This document shows positions 11,168 to 20,000 of a stretch of 20,000 bases of DNA, in pieces. Origin of the DNA: Catajapyx aquilonaris (taxonomy: Eukaryota); contig KZ538436.1 in NCBI GenBank assembly GCA_000934665.2, positions 50,302 to 70,301 on the forward strand, written 5' to 3'. The translations under genes were made by a program, and so were the position numbers. The notes below the pieces were generated by a model that saw only the letters and a program-made list of their open reading frames with translations, was not told the origin of the DNA and did not search any database. The number at the start of each line of letters is the position of its first letter. Within the stretch, counting starts at the first letter, position 1.

Positions 11168-13068
11168 ATAGGGTGTGGTAGGAAGGTAGTTGAAAAGGCC
11201 ATCCTACCTGTAGCCAAAAAGACAATCATGTGTAGGCAGGCAGGGAAGTCAGAAGATTTATCGATGGCAAGACATCTTCAGTGAGGGAAGGTTGCCAACA
11301 TGGATGATGCAGCGCTATTTTTCGGGGCCGGCGTCAGAGGTCAGCGCCATCGACGCTCACGGGGAGGCTGCAGGCGGCCGGGAGGGCAGCATGTGCGATA
11401 GACCCAGCTGGAGATTTATGGTCCCAGCCCTCTGAAAAGTACGTCAGGAAAATAAATAGCTCTGCTAGTGAAGACCTGTCACTTCTATACGGGGAAAGCT
11501 TACAAATGTGGGGAACCGAACGTTTTTTGCTTCCAAAGTTCCTCTAGAAAAGTGATTAGGGGGTTAATGGAATCCAGTAATCGATCTTCCAGCCTTTTCT
11601 TACTTTTCTGCCCATTTTCAAGCTTTTTCTCCACTTCTCGCCTGAATGTGTGTCTCTTTTTCCCCCCTTTCCATTCCTTCCATCTCTTTTTGGCGAGAGA
11701 AGGAAACTTGCACTCGCCGATATCGGGAACCACCCACCCACCATCCCTTGGAAGGAAGGAGACCTGCTATCTCCCAAGCCCTGCTGACACTTTCTTGATG
11801 CGGCACCCCTAATGACCAACGCCCTTCTTATTTCAGTTGCAGCCAGATAGGCAGTCTCAGAGAAATTTCCCAGCTGACACCACACCCATCCATTTCTGGA
11901 TGCAACCAATCCACCAGGTATATAAGCCAACCCTCATGCAAACAAAGCACAATTGAGTCGTGCAGACAAGAAGACATTGTTACTAAACTTTTTTGGGAGG
12001 GCCAACAGCCACCAGTCCATTACATTCCAGCAGCACCAACCTGTAGATTATCTAGTTAATCCAGTGGAACTCTAGTAATGTCAGGTGTAATCCCCTGTAG
12101 ATACACAGGGAATCAGAATTTATTGAAAGAGATGGTGCCAACGTCGAGTCGACCTGCAACCAACATTTTTTTTTGGAGGGTTCCTTCACAGGTCTCAACA
12201 ATCATGAATCACAGAGTGGCTATACTACCTATACACATACAAGCCTACGCAAGAATATAAATCCATCACATGGCAGCCTCGTTAAACGTTGCCGCCACAT
12301 GCCAGCAATAAAGTAAGGAGCTGCCGCAAAAATATTTGCCAAAGCATGCCAATGGAATCGTGCTATTCCAGGTTGACCTCAACCAGCTTTTTGCCAAAAG
12401 GACCAGGTGCGCTTGGGACACCTTATGACAGGTCACAAACAACATTTCATTTTTTTGTGTGTTTTTGGCATGCTTTTGGCGGTATTGGGCTCTTTGAGGT
12501 TATAACAAACGGACTTCTCCGCCCAAAAATTCCACTAACAGAGGTCAGCAGTGTTCGTTGCAAATCATTAACTGAACGAAGGCGTGGCCAAAAGGAAGGG
12601 GCGTGGGAAAAAGAAATGGGTAGGTGGTGGATGGTGCAGAGGTAGGGAGGAAGTGGGGAGAGGTGGGGGGAGCTGTGAAAAAAATAACTTCTGACTTTAC
12701 CACCAGAGGGAATATGTGATAGGTGTACATTTGGATAGGTTTAGTGCAAAAAGAGCATACATTCAGGTCGGTCTCTCCTAACATAATGCAATACAGACTT
12801 TAGCAACATCATCTACATGGCAACAATTATGCACTTAATTATCAAATTTCTTGCATCCCAGTCAAGTAATCTGGAAAGCGAAAATAAGGTTCATTAATGA
12901 CCAGTAAGAAAGCCTATAATCTACCCTGAAACATGCAACAGTCGTAATCACCTGGAGAAAAATATTCACCAGAAGGCATGCTACATAAGAACAGTCATTT
13001 AGTAAAGTTGCAGTGTTCATTTTTCAACCAAATAAAGAAACAACAAAATATTACCCCTTTCAGCAGTC

Positions 13069-13131
<63 letters not shown>
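13069..13131. repeat. (TAA)21 perfect trinucleotide microsatellite
   Basis: 63 bp of uninterrupted TAA units. It generates the spurious poly-Ile and poly-Leu ORFs in the ORF track. Confidence 0.97.
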
Positions 13132-13132
<1 letters not shown>

Positions 13133-15504
13133 CTTATGCTATTGGTATAATTATGGAGTATACAGGGTGTACATGATGCCTGGAACTTTGTGGGGATAGG
13201 AGAATAACAATTTGAGAAGTTGATATCTTTATGGCCACTATGGGATATGCCGCTGTAGGCAAAGGCTCCCCACCTTTGCATTATTTCATATCTTGCACAG
13301 AACACTGGCGTCGCGAAACTGAACATGCACGTTCTTCTGCAACTTTCCATGTTTGACATTTTTACTTGACAAACGGATCAGGCTGTGTGGCGAAAGCCAC
13401 ATTCAAAATAATATCAAGAAGACAAATGTCAAGTTAACATTTTTGTATTACTCAGGTTCTGCAAAGCACAAGGGAGATCTATTTCGCTTATGCCTTATTC
13501 GCTGGCAAAAGTGGAGAGAGGTCGCAATATTTTGCAATTTATGCACCGTCAGTAAATTGTAGCATAATCCACTTCGACATGGTCCACTCAGATGAAAGTG
13601 AGTAAATCAACCACACAAAAATTATTGTCAAAAATTAGTGCTGATAACATTCGAAAAAAATTCGGACATGTCTCATCCACCAGTGTTTTAAATGGCTCAT
13701 TTCCGATTGGTAGGAAAGAACCAGAGGATGTTCTTAAATGGACCCCCAATGCAAACCTTAAACCATAAAGGCGGGTGACATGCGATAGAGGGGAGTAGGA
13801 GGAAGAAAAAGAGATGCAATAATGGCTTGGAGTGCATCGTTTATTCAAGCCACTGAGACACCTGTCCCACAGCTGAACCAAAGGTCCGCTGCCATAAAAT
13901 TGCCCCTGTTGCTAACAAATAATTCCTCTGGCAGCAGACGCAAACTACAGGAAGTTTCGTCCAACATAGCCTACACTTGAATAAACCATGCATTCCGAAT
14001 CACTGCTAGTCTTCACGGGGTCACAAAGAGTCTCTGGTCCTCCCACCATTCGGATGTGAACAAAAATCGAAAACTGGTTCAAATTTTTCGCAAATTATCT
14101 AAACTTATTTGTAACCACATTTGCATACGGTTGACTGGTTCACTTTCATTTAAATGCACTTTGTACTTCAGTCCCAATCATCTCCCCCAGGTTTGTCACA
14201 TTGAAAATGCACTTAGTTTTGACAGGTTTGATTTTTAAAAGATGGCATTCCTGAAAATTTTCATATTCGCATAATCCACCTAAAACCACACACCGCCATG
14301 CACTTCTCTGCGCGCCGAATAATCTGCACCTTGTAATATTCTTCCAAAAAATAGCATATTAAACACACAATTCTTCTGCTGCGCCTAGTCAGAAAATTGA
14401 TCAACATAATTTTTCCACCTGTCAGACAACAACGTAACCATTCTGGCCATCCTGTCAATTGAAAAATGAATTAGAGCTTCACACGAATCCATAAAATGCT
14501 TCATAACCCCCCTAGAAAAATAAATCAAAATCGTAACCATCCGCAATAAACCTCTTCATCGACTCCTGTTTGACAACATAAACAACAACAATAATGGCAG
14601 TCGAGGTTGGCCACCGTCACTTGTTTCTCCTGGGGGTGGGGGTAGGGGGAAGTGACTGGTTCCAGGGTTCGAGTACAGATGGCAGGAGCTCGCCGTGACA
14701 CTCCGCCTCCATTTTTCAAGCCATCACATTGTTAGTTACTGTTGGAGAACGGTCCAATAATAAAGCCGGAGACGTTTGTTTACATGGTTTTTCTTTGGGC
14801 AGGCAGGAGAAGCCAAACCCCCGGCCTGGATGGCCCCACCCCACGGGTACCACCTTCTCTAGTGCAGACTCATTTATTATGAGCTGACCTAACACCGCGG
14901 AGGCTGAGCTTGTTGACGCCAGGTGACGTGGCAACCAGCGCTGGAGGAGGGGCCTAAAAAGCCAGCAAAGATGGGAACCTCCACAACAATCAGACACGTG
15001 GGGGCATCCAAGTCTTATTATGCATGCAGTGAGCAAAAAATTAAAACCAGCAGCCCAACCGCGTAAAACAATCAAAATTTCATAAGGCAGGGAAATTAAA
15101 TCGAAATTGTCTCATCTAAAATGCACCGAAGCAAACACGGGGCTAATTCCCTTAAAGGATTTTCCCATTTACTTCCATATTCGCCCGGGGAATATTTGCG
15201 GCATTTGGCCAATCTTTTCAGGACATGTAAAGCACCGGGGCCTGGCCGTGATATATGAAGATGAATGAAGAGCCATATGGTTTTGTCTTAGATTTAATCA
15301 TCAAGTCCATTGCATGCAAAGAACTTCCCAATATTACCGAGACTGCTACTAGGGGTCTATCATCATGTCCTGATACGATGAAAGGGCTATAAATTTCCAG
15401 AGGGGGTATAGGGGGGATTCTTTTTCTCCAGTTTTTTATTACGATTTTTTTTATCCGCTCCGCCATGCGGCCCATATATCCTAGAACCCAGTTGATAAAA
15501 CAGG

Positions 15505-15786
15505 CGACTACATAAAAGGAATGAGATAGTTAGGCAAGTTCTACAGTGATTGAAGCTTTCAAATGGCTGGCGGCGAGATAATGTACTAGATGAGGTCATA
15601 CGTGTAACCATTATGGCCACTCGAAACAATAATGTTGTCATAAAAAGGTCACCTGTGGTAGTTCCACAGCCACTTGAGAAAATTTATGAGACTGTAGAAC
15701 AAATCACGATTGTTGCCGTCATAAATTTGAGCTCGGGAGGGAGGGAAAAAGATATCAACAAAACCGGCAAGTCCACGTGCTCGTTG
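15505..15786 (-). pseudogene. Possible decayed DEDD-superfamily 3'-5' exonuclease fragment (Maverick/Polinton pPolB-like or TREX-like Exo II region)
   Basis: A single minus-strand frame reads ...QIYDGNNRDLFYSLINFLKWLWNYHR*PFYDNIIVSSGHNGYTYDLI*YIISPPAI*KLQSL*NLPNYLIPFM*S. The FxxWL...HNGxxYD pattern resembles the Exo II motif. There are five in-frame stops, and the resemblance is by eye only. Confidence 0.3.
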
Positions 15787-17400
15787 TTATGTAGCCACAC
15801 AATATAGTGACCATAAGATTGATATATTTATTGGCTGAATTACAAACCTCGAGGCAAAAAGAATGTGAAGCAACAAGTAGAAAATAAATTTTTGGGGAAG
15901 TATCTCGCTAGATAGCAGAGCGGGAGCTCAACTTTGGAGGCGAAAGTTCATCATAAAAGCAGGGGCATGGAGCGTAATCAATACGTCAGTCCGTCAAAAG
16001 AAGTGGTAAGGCGGGGCGACTGACAGCCTAAGCCAATAATTTTACGCTGTGGGCAGCGCTTCGGCCATTTTGGGACCGTGTATGAGAATTGTTAGCGTAA
16101 AGAATGTAAGAAAACAAAAAGCTGAATGGCTGGAGGTTGAAATACCGGACTCAAACCAATTCTTATTTGAAACCACAGTTTTTATTTTTCTTTGAAACAT
16201 TTGAAACAGACTCATGCACACTAGACCTTGTTTGGAACACTACATGTACGATACCTAGAAACTACCAGTAGGAAATGTTAAATTTGCTGCACTATGACAA
16301 TAAAGTCTAACGTTAAAACAACAAACCACAAGAGAAACGATGAGGTATATCATAAGGTAATAAATAGTACTCATTACACCTATGCAACACCATACGACAT
16401 TTCCTGCTGGAAAGGTTTGGTTTCTCACCGGGTATTTTCCACAACTTACTCTCTGCATTGTTACATTTGCTTCTCCAATTTTTTCATCTCGGAATAAAAG
16501 CATAAAACTCTATTAGGTCTAGCATGACACTAGTCTATCATACGCAATTGTATCCTTTAAGGACAATAAATGACAAGACCAAACCTTTCCACGGAGATTA
16601 TATGAGAGTTGCTCTCTTTTTTTTCCAGTTCTTCCATACTTGATTAGTAAAGTAAAATTTTAATCAGCTTTTTGTCGCAGGTTTGTAGTGTCTGGACCTC
16701 CGAATAGTTATGCACCAAAATAAGATAGTTTCACATGGGTGGTAGATATACCGAACTCAATGGATACAAGAAAAGTGGTGGATGCAAGGGGGGAAATGCA
16801 GGGTTTGTTGCTTTACCATGTGCAACTTAAGCCCGCCTCATTACATAGTGCACTACGGAAATATTGTACACCTTATCTCTCTTTTTGTCCGCTAACGATT
16901 ATGTACACTCAAAAAAGGGGGGGTGGGAAGAGAGCTATTTCAAGCAGTTTGGTGCGCTCAAGCTTTGCTTTTTTTCCAGTTTTTCCTCGTTTTTTTACTA
17001 GGCCTATATAAGACGGCGAAAAAAATAATGATAATAATAATAAGGGGGCTTGGGGGGGCAAGGATAGGGGTAAGCCTAGCGTGTAGAGCCAAGAATAGGC
17101 TATACGTATTTCGTTTTTCGAGATCATGTGGCCATATTGTGCTACTTTGGCAAAGATTCCCTGATTTACACCCTCACACGTCGGATGAATTCTCCTAACA
17201 GGAGTGGAGAAACACGTCAACAATTCTAACACTTTATGATTCTACAACACAAAAAGGTTCTTAAGTAAACAGCGCCAAATTGACTATTACATTATATGAT
17301 TTACTTATCTAATACTTTTGACGGGGAAAGCTCGACAGCCAGCGCAGCTGTAGTGGGCTGCGAAACAAGATGTGCTAGCTTCGATCTCAGTTTTATCAAT

Positions 17401-17447
17401 ATTATTATCATCATTATTGTTTACTCATTATTATTATCATCATCATT
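17401..17447. repeat. Degenerate (ATT/ATC)n microsatellite
   Basis: attattatcatcattattgtttactcattattattatcatcatcatt. Confidence 0.8.
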
Positions 17448-17657
17448 TTTACGTGCCTTTTTTCTTATTTTTTTTTTCTCAATTTCAGAATACAGCCAAC
17501 AATTCACAGGACTCGTATATTTACAAGAAAACTCACCGTGCTCCGTTTGACTTGTCGCTGCATAATAAACTGCAGCTGAATTATTGTGGTACAGAGACAC
17601 ACGAATAAAGTACGGTATGCGAGAGGCAAACGTAAAATAATATGATAAATATTAGAC

Positions 17658-17690
17658 TTCTCTTTTTTTCTCTCTCTCTATCACTCTCTC
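17658..17690. repeat. CT-rich low-complexity tract with short (CT)n
   Basis: ttctctttttttctctctctctatcactctctc. Confidence 0.7.
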
Positions 17691-17735
17691 AAAATAAAAC
17701 GTATAAAAATAAGAGCAGAAGGGAAGCAATCGCGC

Positions 17736-17774
17736 GCGATCAAAGTTCAGCTAAACCAATGCAGGCGATCAAAG
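17736..17774. promoter_or_regulatory. Paired TCF/LEF-like sites
   Basis: GCGATCAAAG is repeated exactly at 17736-17745 and 17765-17774, with a CCAAT (17756-17760) between the copies. Confidence 0.3.
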
Positions 17775-18246
17775 GTGGACAAAACAAAACAGAAGGGCAA
17801 AATCGGGTGCGGGTCCAGTTAAGCAGAAAAAAAACCGTATGTGGCAAACAGTTAAAAAAAAATTGATCCCACATGTGATGCATTATTTTCGTTTCTTGAA
17901 ATGTTTGACTTCGAGCCTTCCTTCCGTCTGTCGGCGCTTTGGTAATGATACACAACACTCACCGGCCTAACACAATCATACAATCAAAAACCAGCATAAG
18001 TTAATGAATAACGTCGAGTGAAATGTTCCTATTGTTGCATAAAAACGGTGCCTGTGTTCATTACGTATTTTTCATTCCATTGTTTGTTTGTTGGGCATTG
18101 AAAATAAAGAGGGGCAACAAATGACCCCCGTTTGTTTATAACTCTACGAGGCGCGGGAACTGTAAACCATGCAGCACAGGGAAAAGTGCCAGTGTGCACG
18201 AATGGACCAGAAGCAAAGTTACAAGAGACAAACGTTAGGTGCTTGT

Positions 18247-18277
18247 TTATTATTATTCTTATCATTATTATTATTAT
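18247..18277. repeat. Degenerate (TTA)n microsatellite
   Basis: ttattattattcttatcattattattattat. Confidence 0.8.
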
Positions 18278-19695
18278 GCATTTTTTGTTCATCCAAAATT
18301 TGTTTCAAAAATAACGATTTTGGAAACCAAAGGACGGGTGGAGATATTGAGTTTGTGAGTGGGTTTGGTAGGTGGGGTGAATAGGTGGGTAGGTAGGGAA
18401 TTGACGTTGACCGTATACAAGAGAATTTGTTCTTTTTTTTTCCTTTTCTTTCCAAGGAATTGTAGGAACAGTGTTTTCTTTATGCGCGAGCGGGTTGTCC
18501 TCTGCTTCGGTATTAGGTAATAGTTATGACACAAAATACAGAAAACACATACACAGCACCGGGAATTTCAATTGATCTTACAGTAGCATCTCGCATATGC
18601 AAAGGTCCTACAGGCCTACTTCTTAGCCCTAACCCTATTCGAAGCAGAGGAGCAGGAAATATTATTATTATTCTTTGTGCCCGAATCTGTACATCTAGGC
18701 CTAAAACAGACATGACAATCACATCCTCTATACGTACATTACACTCTCTCCACGACAGAAAGCCTGTTTTACATTTTTTTGGTTTTCTCATCAATTGGTT
18801 GCCCCAGGGGAAGAAACATTAAAAGGACAATAACAAAAACGTCAGCTCTCCCAAAAAAAAACCCGGACAGACCCACGGCATTGTTACTTTCCCAGGCTGT
18901 CCTCCGAGATTTTCTTTAGCAAAGCTAAGGATACTTCAATACAATGTAAAACGAATATCCTCTCCACTTAAATATTTAAGATGTACGTTGTTTTTTCTGT
19001 ATAAATTACTTTCAAAGAATCTATACTGTATACGTATACTGTCACAGGAGGTGCGGATGAAATAGGCGCTTCTAGTTTAATAATACTACTATCACCAATA
19101 GTTTCTTTTTCTTCGTCTTTTCTTCAGTACAAACACGCAGTGTTATCTGGTATACAAAATAGCTTCTTCTCGTGTCCATCACATAGTGTGATGCTGGAAC
19201 CCGGAATGATCGACCCAAGCGAAAAGTAGGCTGTGCTTTATTTATTTACTTGTTTCTCTCTTCTTTTTTTTAGTTTGCCTGTTTCAAGGGCTCTATTAAA
19301 ACGCGATGTTGCCCTGCCCGCCATATAAGAAATGGTCATGCTGCCAGTGCTTTTGTCAGGCATGTCAAAAGAGGGCTGAACAGAACGTGACAACGCTTTA
19401 AATTACTTCCCCTGATTGGTTGTTTGTTTGTTGTTGTTGCCTAGGTGGAGACTGCAAGCCAAACGAAACCAGAGCTTAAAGCTTTTTGCAAAAGGAAAGG
19501 AAGAATAGTAGAAACTCACTATCCGTCATCAAAATACTCCAGTCACAAGCTTTGGTATACACATGATGATCAGTGCAGCTGCTATATAAGGGTTTTTTTT
19601 TATATATGATTTACAACTTTTTCAGTTTTTTAGCTCGACAAAAATTGAAATTTGAACAATTTTGTACCATGTGCGTGGCGAAGACTACCAATTTT

Positions 19696-19831
19696 CGACT
19701 CTTCACAGATGACATTTTGATTACAGCCTTAGTCACGCACATGATGCCGCAGCCCATGGACGGACAGCAGCCTAAGTTCTACTTAAATACTCATCCACTG
19801 CTGGAGTCCAAATGGAGAGAAGAAGTGGATG
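19696..19831 (+). mobile_element. Possible decayed non-LTR (CR1/L2-like) reverse transcriptase fragment
   Basis: RLFTDDILI (19696-19722) resembles RLFADDxxxY. Downstream, W-(1-nt shift)-EKKWM (19813-19831) resembles WxxxWxM. Spacing is longer than typical. Confidence 0.2.
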
Positions 19832-20000
19832 GGCTGTCCTCTGATGGCTGTCTCTCGCTGATGGTTTTGTTTCACAGATATCACCAATTGTATCGCGGAT
19901 GGATGGCTCCAGAAAGATCCCAATATGCAGAACACCGTCATTTTTCATAAACTTTTTGTGCAGCTTGCGAGCTTGATTTTTCGTCGGGATTGGGGGGGGG

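Noticed and set aside
12978..13359. Poly-Ile and poly-Leu 'membrane protein' ORFs
   Set aside because: They are translations of the (TAA)21 microsatellite.
13592..13768. Short plus-strand ORF starting MKVSKSTTQKLL (HTH/transposase-like)
   Set aside because: Only a few residues resemble an HTH recognition helix, and no DDE domain or terminal inverted repeats are present.
16727..16790. C-type-lectin-like FTWV...Y..W peptide
   Set aside because: It needs two frameshifts, and all frames after the nearby splice acceptor are closed.
18626..18635. Telomere-like CCCTAACCCT
   Set aside because: Fewer than two full units, which is expected by chance.
201..19950. ORF-track entries as protein-coding genes
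   Set aside because: All are 141 aa or shorter, overlap on both strands, often use non-ATG starts and low-complexity sequence, and show no recognisable intact domain. This is consistent with chance ORFs.
1..20000. CRISPR array, tRNA/rRNA genes, prokaryotic operon or defence system
   Set aside because: I saw no regularly spaced direct repeats, cloverleaf, rRNA-like sequence or gene-dense architecture.

Overview
This window looks like eukaryotic, most likely invertebrate animal, non-coding DNA (intergenic or intronic). It is AT-leaning (roughly 40% GC by eye), CpG is not obviously depleted, and it has many A/T and G/C homopolymers, microsatellites and recurrent TAGGCCTA palindromes. An echinoderm-like origin is my impression only. 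None of the supplied ORFs (all 141 aa or shorter) is a recognisable intact gene, and I found no tRNA, rRNA, CRISPR array, operon or intact transposon. The firm features are a perfect spacer-less 58-bp palindrome (4305-4362), a (TAA)21 microsatellite, other low-complexity tracts, and two single Ns inside poly-C/poly-G runs that are probably assembly joins. Weaker signals are stop-interrupted peptide motifs resembling mobile-element proteins (a DEDD/pPolB exonuclease-like stretch at about 15.5-15.8 kb, a LINE RT-like motif, an RTE C-terminus-like motif and an integrase C-terminus-like motif), several transcription-factor motif clusters, and isolated exon-like segments. I cannot support a claim of a new biological system from this sequence alone.
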